Source of the DNA: Acutalibacteraceae bacterium | Lineage (GTDB): Bacteria > Bacillota > Clostridia > Oscillospirales > Acutalibacteraceae | Length of the DNA stretch: 46,187 nt | Direction of reading: 5' to 3' | NCBI GenBank assembly: GCA_051880655.1 | Contig: JBJEOJ010000103.1 | Location: 1-46,187 of the forward strand | In this document: piece after piece, positions 32,880 through 40,820 of the stretch | Layout: every line of letters begins with the position of its first letter | Numbering within the stretch: position 1 is the stretch's first letter | Program-made: the position numbers and the translations under genes | Notes under the pieces: model-generated | What the model saw: the letters and a program-made list of their open reading frames with translations, nothing else | What the model was told of the DNA's origin: nothing | The model's database searches: none

Positions 32880-33437
32880 ATGAGCAAAAATATTGTTAAA
32901 GTACCCCTCAGCAAAGAGGACGCAAAAAGCCTGAAAGTCGGCGATTATGTATATCTCACAGGCACCATTTATTCTGCCCGTGACGCTGCTCACAAAAGAA
33001 TGAGCGAAGCGCTTGCAAAAGGTGAAAAGCTTCCGATCGAAATGGAAGGCAATGTCATTTATTACATGGGACCCTCACCGGCAAGAGAAGGACGTCCCAT
33101 CGGTTCTGCAGGTCCGACAACCTCAGGCCGTATGGATCCTTATGCTCCCACACTTCTTGACCTTGGTTTAAGAGGCATGATCGGCAAGGGCAAAAGAACA
33201 AAAGATGTTGCTGACGCAATTGTAAGAAACGGTGCTGTTTATTTCGCCGCAGTCGGCGGAGCAGGCGCACTGCTTTCACACTGCATCAAATCGGCTGAAG
33301 TTGTTGCCTATGATGATCTCGGACCGGAAGCGATCCGCAAGCTTGAAGTTGAAGAACTTCCCGCAATTGTTGTTATGGACAGCAACGGCGACAATCTTTA
33401 TGAAACAGCGGTTGCTGCTTACCGTAAAGAGGACTGA
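32880..33437 (+). CDS. class I (Fe-S) fumarate/tartrate hydro-lyase, beta-type subunit
   Basis: ATG 32880 sits 6 nt after GAGGTG; the track's GTG 32871 lies within the SD. GPTTSGRMDPYAPTLLDLGLRGMIGKGKR block. Confidence 0.85.
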   Translation: MSKNIVKVPLSKEDAKSLKVGDYVYLTGTIYSARDAAHKRMSEALAKGEKLPIEMEGNVIYYMGPSPAREGRPIGSAGPTTSGRMDPYAPTLLDLGLRGMIGKGKRTKDVADAIVRNGAVYFAAVGGAGALLSHCIKSAEVVAYDDLGPEAIRKLEVEELPAIVVMDSNGDNLYETAVAAYRKED

Positions 33438-33537
33438 TAAAATCAGATAAAAATTCGACCGCAGAGAAAGTCGAGTGCTCCAATTTTTATTTGGATAGCA
33501 CAAAAATAACTCTATGGTGTTAAACATTTAATTTAAG

Positions 33538-33580
33538 AAACAAACTGACTCTGATATTCCATCGGAGTCAGTTTTGTTGA
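33538..33580 (+). terminator. rho-independent terminator of the hdr-frd-fum operon
   Basis: AAACAAACTGACTC / GAGTCAGTTTTGTT 14-bp stem with a T-rich tail. Confidence 0.75.
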
Positions 33581-33603
33581 TAAGCCTATTATTTTGTCAT
33601 GAT

Positions 33604-33631
33604 TTGACAAAAATAAATTTCTGTGTATAAT
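33604..33631 (+). promoter_or_regulatory. consensus promoter of small-toxin-like locus, copy 2
   Basis: TTGACA (33604-33609), 16-nt spacer, TATAAT (33626-33631). Same distance to the 5' hairpin as in copy 1. Confidence 0.7.
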
Positions 33632-33715
33632 AAAAAGGCAATCACAATAACGGTTGCCAAGTAGAGTACTGTTCATAACGGTAGGCGGTTTGCTCCCGTA
33701 AGGGAGGTGATACAT

Positions 33716-33808
33716 ATGATAACATTATCCGAACTTATATTGTTCACGACAATGATTGTCGCAATCGTATCACTTTGCTACGAAATCTTTAGTAACAAGA
33801 ATAAGTAA
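33716..33808 (+). CDS. 30-aa hydrophobic peptide, candidate type I toxin (copy 2)
   Basis: MITLSELILFTTMIVAIVSLCYEIFSNKNK. GGGAGG lies 8 nt upstream and is sequestered by CTCCC-GTAA-GGGAG (33693-33706). Confidence 0.6.
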   Translation: MITLSELILFTTMIVAIVSLCYEIFSNKNK

Positions 33809-33831
33809 GCAAAAGCTTAATTTTTTAACAT

Positions 33832-33924
33832 AAAAAATTAAGAAACACCGCCAGCTCTCCAAAGTTGCGGTGCTTCTTAAAACTGTGATTCTGGAGTAAA
33901 CCACTTATCGCAGTACTCTCTTGT
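33832..33924 (-). ncRNA. candidate antisense (antitoxin-like) sRNA, copy 2
   Basis: Minus-strand promoter at 33931-33958. Terminator hairpin at 33840-33878, whose single non-Watson-Crick pair is G-U on the minus strand but A-C on the plus strand. U-run follows. Confidence 0.5.
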
Positions 33925-33930
33925 ATTACT

Positions 33931-33958
33931 ATTATATCATATTATCGCACTTTGTCAA
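33931..33958 (-). promoter_or_regulatory. antisense promoter, copy 2
   Basis: Minus strand: TTGACA (33953-33958), 16-nt spacer ending in TGa, TATAAT (33931-33936). Confidence 0.6.
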
Positions 33959-33978
33959 GCAGACAGGGTGCGATTTTT
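33944..33978 (+). terminator. terminator of the peptide mRNA, copy 2
   Basis: ATCGCAC / GTGCGAT stem plus TTTT. Both arms differ from copy 1 but pairing is kept. Confidence 0.6.
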
Positions 33979-33986
33979 ACCCTTTA

Positions 33987-35003
33987 TCAATCCGGATAGC
34001 CGTTAGGGTTATTGCTTTGCCAGCGCCATGAATCGGCGCACATTTTTTCAATTCCTCTTTCGGCTTTCCAGCCAAGCTCATTCAGTGCTTTTGTCGGGTC
34101 GGAATAGCAGGTGGCAATGTCGCCGGGACGGCGGTCAACAATTTGGTAGTTGATTTTGATTCCGCTTGCTTTTTCAAAGGCATGAACAACATCAAGAACG
34201 CTGTATCCGACGCCTGTGCCGAGGTTATAGATGTCAACGCCGGTTTTTCCGAGAACTCTTTCAACTGCCTTGACATGACCAAGAGCAAGGTCAACAACGT
34301 GAATATAATCTCTGACACCTGTTCCGTCTGGGGTGTCATAATCGTTGCCGAAAATGCGCAGACAGTCAAGCTTGCCGATGGCAACCTGTGTGATATAGGG
34401 CATAAGATTGTTGGGGATTCCATTGGGATCTTCGCCGATTCTGCCGCTTTCATGCGCACCGATGGGGTTGAAATAGCGAAGCAGGCTGATTGACCATTCA
34501 TTGTCGGCTTTGAAAAAGTCGGAAAGAATAATTTCAATCATATATTTTGTTGTGCCGTAGGGGTTTGTTGTTCCGCCTGTGGGCATGGTTTCTTTAAGCG
34601 GTGAAACATTGTTCATTCCGTAAACGGTTGCAGAAGAGCTGAAAACGATTTTTTTGCAGCCGTTCTTTCTCATAACATCGCAAAGAACAAGAGTGCCGTT
34701 AATGTTGTTGTCATAATACTCAAGGGGTTTTACGCATGATTCACCAACAGCTTTAAGACCCGCAAAATGAATTACAGCGTCGATTTTTTCCTGACGGAAA
34801 ACCTTGGTCAGACCCTCGCGGTCTCTGATGTCACATTCATAAAAAGCAAAAGCTTTTCCTGAAAGTTCTGCGATTCTTCTAAGTGCCTCACGCTTGCTGT
34901 TATAAAAATTATCAACAACAACAACGTCATAGCCTGCGTTCATCAGTTCAATGCAGGTATGAGAGCCGATATAGCCTGCACCGCCGGTTACAAGAATTGA
35001 CAT
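33987..35003 (-). CDS. galE: UDP-glucose 4-epimerase
   Basis: Start placed at [15 protein letters not shown] (GAGGTG upstream). YxxxK (YGTTKYM) and other SDR-extended GalE blocks throughout. Confidence 0.92.
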   Translation of the reverse strand: MSILVTGGAGYIGSHTCIELMNAGYDVVVVDNFYNSKREALRRIAELSGKAFAFYECDIRDREGLTKVFRQEKIDAVIHFAGLKAVGESCVKPLEYYDNNINGTLVLCDVMRKNGCKKIVFSSSATVYGMNNVSPLKETMPTGGTTNPYGTTKYMIEIILSDFFKADNEWSISLLRYFNPIGAHESGRIGEDPNGIPNNLMPYITQVAIGKLDCLRIFGNDYDTPDGTGVRDYIHVVDLALGHVKAVERVLGKTGVDIYNLGTGVGYSVLDVVHAFEKASGIKINYQIVDRRPGDIATCYSDPTKALNELGWKAERGIEKMCADSWRWQSNNPNGYPD

Positions 35004-35256
35004 AATCATTCACCTCAACTATAATATATACCGTACTTGTTTTTTGTACCTTAAATATTATACAGCAAAGCCCGAAAAATGCAATAGCTAAAGCGATTAA
35101 TTTGCTGTCTTTCTTTCATACGCGGATAAAAATGTGCTTGATTTTAAGTGTTGTTCCGCCTTTTGAATTCGACAGCAATTTTCAGAACTTTATAAAATGC
35201 GCTTTCAGGCATCATAATCAATATAGGAGGTTGCGGCGGTTTGCCGCAAAAACAAT

Positions 35257-36108
35257 ATGGCTGATTTATCTGATATTTCCGTAATCAAAGGCATTTTATC
35301 AAAGCACGGGTTCACTTTTTCAAAAGCTTTGGGTCAGAATTTTTTGATTAATCCGTCCGTCTGCCCGAAAATGGCACAGATGTGCGGTGCTGACGAAGAA
35401 ACAGGCGTTATTGAAATCGGGCCCGGAATCGGTGTTCTGACAAAAGAACTTGCTTTAAGAGCGAAAAAAGTTGTGTGCATTGAGCTTGATGAAAGGCTTT
35501 TGCCTGTGCTTGATGAAACACTCGGTGAATTTGATAACGTTAAAATAATCAACGGTGACATCTTAAAAATCGATCTTAAAAAGCTGATCGAAGAAGAGTT
35601 TGCAGGCATGAAAGTTGTGGTTTGCGCAAATTTGCCTTATTATATCACTTCACCTGTTATCATGCGGCTTTTGGAAAGTAAGCTTCCGATTTCGGCAGTT
35701 ACGGTTATGATACAAAAGGAAGTGGCAGACCGACTTTGTGCCGAAGCAGGAAGCAGAAATGCCGGAGCCATCACGGTCAGTGTAAATTATTTTGCAAAGG
35801 CACAAAAGCTTTTTGATGTTTCAAAAGGCTCGTTTATGCCGGCACCAAAGGTTGACAGCGCGGTTATAAAGCTTGATATAAAAGAAAAGCCGGATGTGTT
35901 TGTCAGTGATGAAAATAAGTTTTTCAAAATGGTGAAAGCGGCTTTTGCCATGAGAAGAAAAACGGCACTAAATGCCATCAGTGCGGGAATGGGAATGGAA
36001 AAAGAAAAGGTTGCAAACGCAATTGAAAAAAGCGGATTTGATCTGAATATCAGAGCCGAAAAGATGACGCTTGAAGAACTTGCAAGGTTGTGTGAAAACC
36101 TTGAATAG
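35257..36108 (+). CDS. rsmA: 16S rRNA (adenine1518/1519-N6)-dimethyltransferase RsmA/KsgA
   Basis: 283 aa. KALGQNFLINPSV, VIEIGPGIGVLT, NLPYYITSP motifs. ATG 35257 is the only start after the in-frame stop at 35224. Confidence 0.92.
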   Translation: MADLSDISVIKGILSKHGFTFSKALGQNFLINPSVCPKMAQMCGADEETGVIEIGPGIGVLTKELALRAKKVVCIELDERLLPVLDETLGEFDNVKIINGDILKIDLKKLIEEEFAGMKVVVCANLPYYITSPVIMRLLESKLPISAVTVMIQKEVADRLCAEAGSRNAGAITVSVNYFAKAQKLFDVSKGSFMPAPKVDSAVIKLDIKEKPDVFVSDENKFFKMVKAAFAMRRKTALNAISAGMGMEKEKVANAIEKSGFDLNIRAEKMTLEELARLCENLE

Positions 36109-36237
36109 CGGCAAGATTTTATATTTGAAAGTTTTGAAAAACGGTTTAGGTTTAATTTTCCGAAAGAAAAGTTCACGGTTTAATGCATGAAAACTTTATG
36201 CATTTTAACTTAAAAATTACAAAAGATATTTTTATGA

Positions 36238-36288
36238 ATACGAAAAATCAACTGTAAAGTTATATTCTTTACAGTTGATTTTTCGTAT
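36238..36288. repeat. perfect 22-bp inverted repeat (hairpin) in the rsmA-bglX spacer
   Basis: ATACGAAAAATCAACTGTAAAG - TTATATT - CTTTACAGTTGATTTTTCGTAT. Confidence 0.8.
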
Positions 36289-36654
36289 GTAAAGCTATTT
36301 TCTTATAATGTTGAAAACCGTGTTAAAAAAGTGGAAAACTTTGAGTTTTTAACATCATAATTTCAAATTGCAAATAAAACGGCGAAAAAATGTAAAGTTT
36401 TCAACTTTACTAACATAGTTTTCAACGTCTACGATGAGGATTATTCATTATTCACCCGAAAATGTATATGCAGTTTTCTGAATTTTTAATGAATATAACT
36501 TTATTGCGTGAAAGAGATCGGAATAATTGCTATTAGGATTAATTATTTTGAATTGACTTTAATAGGATATAAAGCTATAATAAATATATTATGGGTGTTC
36601 GCTTTTCTTAAAGATAAAGCGGCTGCCCGGTGAGAAAATATGGAGGTTAAAAAT

Positions 36655-39102
36655 ATGAAGCATCAGGATATTCTTGATAAAATGACTCTTGAAGAAAAAG
36701 CTAGCCTTTGTTCAGGAAAAGATTTCTGGCATCTTAAAGGAATCGAAAGACTGGGACTTAAAGAAATTATGATTACCGACGGTCCTCACGGACTGAGAAA
36801 ACAAAATCCGGACGGCAAAGGCTCAAGTCTTGAAAATTCCGTTGAGACAACCTGTTTCCCGACTGCGGCAACCACAGCCTGCTCATGGGACCCGGAGCTT
36901 CTTTATGAAATGGGTCAGGCAATGGGCGAGGAATGTCTTGCCGAAAAAGTCAGCGTCATTCTCGGACCGGGCGCTAACATGAAGCGTTCGCCGCTTTGCG
37001 GAAGAAACTTTGAATATTTCTCTGAAGATCCGGTTCTTGCCGGTGAAATGGCTGCCGGTCTGATAAACGGCGTTCAGTCGAAAAACGTTGGAACTTCGCT
37101 CAAGCATTTTGCCGCAAACAATCAGGAAAAGCGCAGAATGACCATCAGCACGGTTGCCGATGAAAGAACGCTTCGCGAAATCTATCTGACCGCTTTTGAA
37201 ATTGCCGTAAAGAAAGGCAAACCCTGGACGGTTATGAACGCCTATAACAAAATCAACGGAATCTATTGCTCCGACAATGCCATGCTTCAGCAAATCATTC
37301 TTCGCGATGAATGGGGCTTTGACGGCATTGTTATGACAGACTGGGGCGCCGCAAACGATCGTGTTCGAGGAATTGTTGCGGGCAATGACCTTGAAATGCC
37401 GTCTTCCGGCGGTCTTAACGATGAAAAAATCTGTCAGGCGGTCAGAAGAGGAGATCTCAGCATCGAAATTCTTGATAAAAGAGTGGATGATCTTCTTGAT
37501 CTCATCTTGAAATCGCAGGAGACACTTTGTGATTTTGAGTATGACAAAAAAGCACACCATGAGCTTGCAAGAAAAGTCGGTTCGCAGTCCATGGTGCTTC
37601 TCAAAAATGAAGATGCCATTCTTCCGCTTAAAAAAGATCAGAAAATTGCCGTGATCGGCGAAATGGCAAGATCTCCGAGATACCAGGGCGCAGGAAGCTC
37701 ACAGATCAATCCGACCGAGATTTCAGATGCCTTTGATGAACTGATCAAAGAAGGCTTCAATCCGCTTTATGCACCAGGCTATGACAAGAGCCGAGATGTT
37801 GTTTCTCAGACGCTCATCAATGACGCTTGTGCGGCTGCCAAAAAGGCCGATACAGTGCTTTTGTTCATCGGTCTTACCGAATGTTATGAATCCGAGGGAT
37901 TTGACAGAACACACATGGATTTGCCCGTGTCACACAATAAGCTTGCGCAGGAAATCTTAAAGGTCAACAAAAACGTTGTTGTTGTTCTTTCGGGCGGCGC
38001 GCCGGTTACCATGCCGTGGCTTAATGATGTCAAAGCGGTTCTCAATGCTTATCTCGGCGGTCAGGCAAGCGGACAGGCCATTGTCGATATCCTTTCCGGA
38101 AAAGTGAATCCGAGCGGCAAGCTTGCCGAAACTTATCCGCTTTCGCTTGACGATACGCCGTGCAGAAAATATTTCCCCGGCAATATGAAAACGGTCGAAT
38201 ACAGGGAAAGTGTATATATCGGTTACAGATATTACGACACCGCAATGAAAGATGTTCTTTTCCCGTTCGGCTTCGGTCTTTCCTACACAACATTTGAATA
38301 TTCCGCACTGAAACTGAGCAAAAAGAAAATCAAAGATACCGACACGCTGACTGTTTCCTATAAGGTCAAAAATACCGGAAGCGTTGCCGGAAGCGAAATT
38401 TCACAAGTTTATGTCAGCGATGTTGAAAGCACAATTTACCGTCCGGTTAAAGAACTCAAAGGCTTTGCCAAAACTCATCTTGAACCCGGCGAAGAAAAAA
38501 CCGTTGAAATCATGCTTGATAAAAGAGCTTTCGCCTATTATAACGTCAAAATCGGTGACTGGCATGTTGAAAGCGGCGAATTTGACATTCTTGTCGGCGC
38601 TTCAAGCCGTGACATCAGACTTGAGGGCAAAGTAACAGTGACAAGCACACAGGAAAATGTCACTGTTCCCGATTATCGCGAAAGCGCACCGGATTACTAT
38701 ACAGCTGATGTTGCCCACATTTCAGACAGTGAATTTGAAAGTGTTCTCGGTTTTGAAATTCCTCCAAAAGAACATAACAGGGAAGAGGAACTGACGCTTT
38801 TAAACAGCCTTGAAGATGCAAAATACACCACATGGGGCGGCAGAGTTTATGCGCTGGTTGACAAGGCAATTTCTCTTGCGGTCAAAGGCGACAGCGGCAC
38901 GGCCGGAATGGTCAGAGCCATGGCGGTTGAAATCCCCATCAGAAACTTTGTAACCATGAGCGGCGGTGTTTTCTCGCCGGAAATGGCAGAAGGCTTGCTT
39001 TTGATTCTCAACGACAAAGCACCTGCAAGAGGTCTTGGAAAAATTGTTTCGGGACTTGTCGGCGCCATTAAAAATCTTCCCGGACTTTTGAAATCCATAT
39101 AA
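36655..39102 (+). CDS. bglX: glycoside hydrolase family 3 beta-glucosidase
   Basis: Start placed at MKHQDIL (ATG 36655, 8 nt after GGAGGT); the track ORF starts 15 nt earlier. KHFAANNQE, GIVMTDWGA, and the GH3 C-terminal plus FnIII-like domains. Confidence 0.88.
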   Translation: MKHQDILDKMTLEEKASLCSGKDFWHLKGIERLGLKEIMITDGPHGLRKQNPDGKGSSLENSVETTCFPTAATTACSWDPELLYEMGQAMGEECLAEKVSVILGPGANMKRSPLCGRNFEYFSEDPVLAGEMAAGLINGVQSKNVGTSLKHFAANNQEKRRMTISTVADERTLREIYLTAFEIAVKKGKPWTVMNAYNKINGIYCSDNAMLQQIILRDEWGFDGIVMTDWGAANDRVRGIVAGNDLEMPSSGGLNDEKICQAVRRGDLSIEILDKRVDDLLDLILKSQETLCDFEYDKKAHHELARKVGSQSMVLLKNEDAILPLKKDQKIAVIGEMARSPRYQGAGSSQINPTEISDAFDELIKEGFNPLYAPGYDKSRDVVSQTLINDACAAAKKADTVLLFIGLTECYESEGFDRTHMDLPVSHNKLAQEILKVNKNVVVVLSGGAPVTMPWLNDVKAVLNAYLGGQASGQAIVDILSGKVNPSGKLAETYPLSLDDTPCRKYFPGNMKTVEYRESVYIGYRYYDTAMKDVLFPFGFGLSYTTFEYSALKLSKKKIKDTDTLTVSYKVKNTGSVAGSEISQVYVSDVESTIYRPVKELKGFAKTHLEPGEEKTVEIMLDKRAFAYYNVKIGDWHVESGEFDILVGASSRDIRLEGKVTVTSTQENVTVPDYRESAPDYYTADVAHISDSEFESVLGFEIPPKEHNREEELTLLNSLEDAKYTTWGGRVYALVDKAISLAVKGDSGTAGMVRAMAVEIPIRNFVTMSGGVFSPEMAEGLLLILNDKAPARGLGKIVSGLVGAIKNLPGLLKSI

Positions 39103-39148
39103 GCTTTCAAATGAATGATATTTTAATTGAAAGGGGAAAACCAAAAAT

Positions 39149-40057
39149 ATGAAGAAATCAAAAAAAATCATCATTGCTGTTTTGTGTGTTCTGCTTGCCG
39201 TCATTCTTGCCGGTGTGGGAACTGTGTTTTGCTATTATCCGCACTATCTGATAAACAAGAAAAGTGTTAGTGTAAGCGACAATTCACAACCCGGAGAAAT
39301 CAGGGTTATGAGTAGCAATCTTCGCTGTTTTTCCTTGGATGACCTTGGAAAGAAAAGCTGGTTTTACCGTGCGGATTTAATCATCAAAAACATTGAAAAA
39401 GAAACACCGGACATCATCGGTTTTCAGGAATGCACCAAACTGCATTATTCCTATCTTTGCGATAGGCTTGAGGGTTATGACAGTATCCTGACCTATCGTG
39501 ATGACAGTGCTTTTTCAGAGGCCTGCCCGATTTTTTACAGAAGCAGCAAATATGAGCTGATTGATAAAAACTCGTTCTGGCTTTCTGAAACACCCGAAGA
39601 AATGAGCATAGACTGGGGTTCGGCTTGCTATCGCATTTGCAGCTATGTCATTTTAAAGGAAAAGGAGAGCGAAAAGCAATTTGTCGTTTTCAATACCCAT
39701 CTTGATCATGTCAGCGATGAAGCAAGAATCAAGGGCATTGGCGTTATTCTTGAAAAAATTGATCAGTTCGGTTCGCTCCCGTCAATGATTATGGGAGATT
39801 TCAATGCCGAGGAGGACAGTGAAACTTATAAAAGTGTGACTGAAAACTTCCTTGATGTAAAATATCAGACAAAGAATACCATGACAAGCTGCACCTATCA
39901 GAATTACGGTCAGGAGCTTAACAGAAACTGCATTGATTATCTCGTGATTTCCAAAAAAGGCTTTACCGTAAATTCTTATAAGGTTGTTACGGACACTTAT
40001 GACGGCGTTTATCCGAGCGATCATTTTCCGCTCAGTGTCAGTCTGACGCTTTCATAA
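39149..40057 (+). CDS. endonuclease/exonuclease/phosphatase (EEP) family protein with N-terminal membrane anchor
   Basis: 302 aa. GFQECT, NTHLDH, MGDFN, SDHFP catalytic blocks. N-terminal TM helix. Confidence 0.8.
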   Translation: MKKSKKIIIAVLCVLLAVILAGVGTVFCYYPHYLINKKSVSVSDNSQPGEIRVMSSNLRCFSLDDLGKKSWFYRADLIIKNIEKETPDIIGFQECTKLHYSYLCDRLEGYDSILTYRDDSAFSEACPIFYRSSKYELIDKNSFWLSETPEEMSIDWGSACYRICSYVILKEKESEKQFVVFNTHLDHVSDEARIKGIGVILEKIDQFGSLPSMIMGDFNAEEDSETYKSVTENFLDVKYQTKNTMTSCTYQNYGQELNRNCIDYLVISKKGFTVNSYKVVTDTYDGVYPSDHFPLSVSLTLS

Positions 40058-40094
40058 AAGCTGAAAGCTTATAAAAAAATAAAAACTGCTTTTT

Positions 40095-40143
40095 CGCCGC
40101 AGGTTTATAAGATGAATTGTCTTATAAAACCTGCGGCGTTTTG
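40095..40143. terminator. bidirectional terminator between convergent genes
   Basis: CGCCGCAGGTTTATAAG / CTTATAAAACCTGCGGCG long stem, T-run on the plus side, A-rich on the other. Confidence 0.75.
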
Positions 40144-40171
40144 CAGTCATCAATATTTATTCACAATAGCA

Positions 40172-40810
40172 TTAAAGTCTTTTCAGAGCATAACATTCAT
40201 CGCACATTTTTGCCACATCGCCGGAATGGCTGACCAGAATGACACATTTGCCGTTGTCGGCAAGACCTCTGAAAATCTGCATAATTTCGTTTTGTGTTTC
40301 GCTGTCGAGATTGCCCGTCGGCTCGTCGGCAAGGATAATCTGCGGATCGTGAGAAAGTGCTCTTGCAATGGCAACACGCTGCATTTGTCCGCCGGAAAGC
40401 TTGAGTACGCGCCGGTTTGCTTCATCTTCATTCAGTCCGACGCTTTTGAGAAGCTCAAGTGCTTTTGCTTTTTTGTTTTTTTCTTTGACAGATGCAATAT
40501 CCATTGACAAAACAACGTTTTCAAGGGCGGTAAATTTCGTAATCAGATTAAAACTTTGAAAAATTACGCCGATATATTTGCTTCTGAATTTATATTTATC
40601 AATGCTTTTAATGTCATTTCCGTTATAATATATACTTCCCGAAGAGGGACTTGCCAAACCGGAAAGAATGGAAAGCAAGGTGGTTTTTCCTGCACCGGAT
40701 TTGCCTATTATGCAATACATTTTACCCTCTTCAAAATCATATGAAATATCTTTGAGAACCTGCTTCTGACCATAGGAAAAGCAGATTTTGTCAAGTGTTA
40801 AAACAGCCAT
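40172..40810 (-). CDS. ABC transporter ATP-binding protein (MacB/LolD/FtsE-like)
   Basis: Start placed at MAVLTLDKICFSYG (AAGGAGG 7 nt upstream). GKSGAGKTTLL, LSGGQMQRVAIARAL, ILADEPTGNLD. Confidence 0.9.
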   Translation of the reverse strand: MAVLTLDKICFSYGQKQVLKDISYDFEEGKMYCIIGKSGAGKTTLLSILSGLASPSSGSIYYNGNDIKSIDKYKFRSKYIGVIFQSFNLITKFTALENVVLSMDIASVKEKNKKAKALELLKSVGLNEDEANRRVLKLSGGQMQRVAIARALSHDPQIILADEPTGNLDSETQNEIMQIFRGLADNGKCVILVSHSGDVAKMCDECYALKRL

Positions 40811-40820
40811 AATTTCCTCC

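Noticed and set aside
32174-32914. 246-aa minus-strand ORF across the fumarase alpha gene
   Set aside because: It is the antisense shadow of a gene with strong family motifs (CQDTGM etc.). It has no RBS and is co-linear with nothing.
36120-36340. GAAAAC-containing words considered as CcpA cre sites
   Set aside because: None fits the cre consensus core (TGNAANCGNTNNCA) when aligned by hand. Each is off by an insertion or lacks the central CG.
36883-37560. 225-aa minus-strand ORF within the GH3 gene, plus 38800-39204 and other shadows
   Set aside because: They are antisense to a well-supported GH3 CDS, with no start context or family resemblance.
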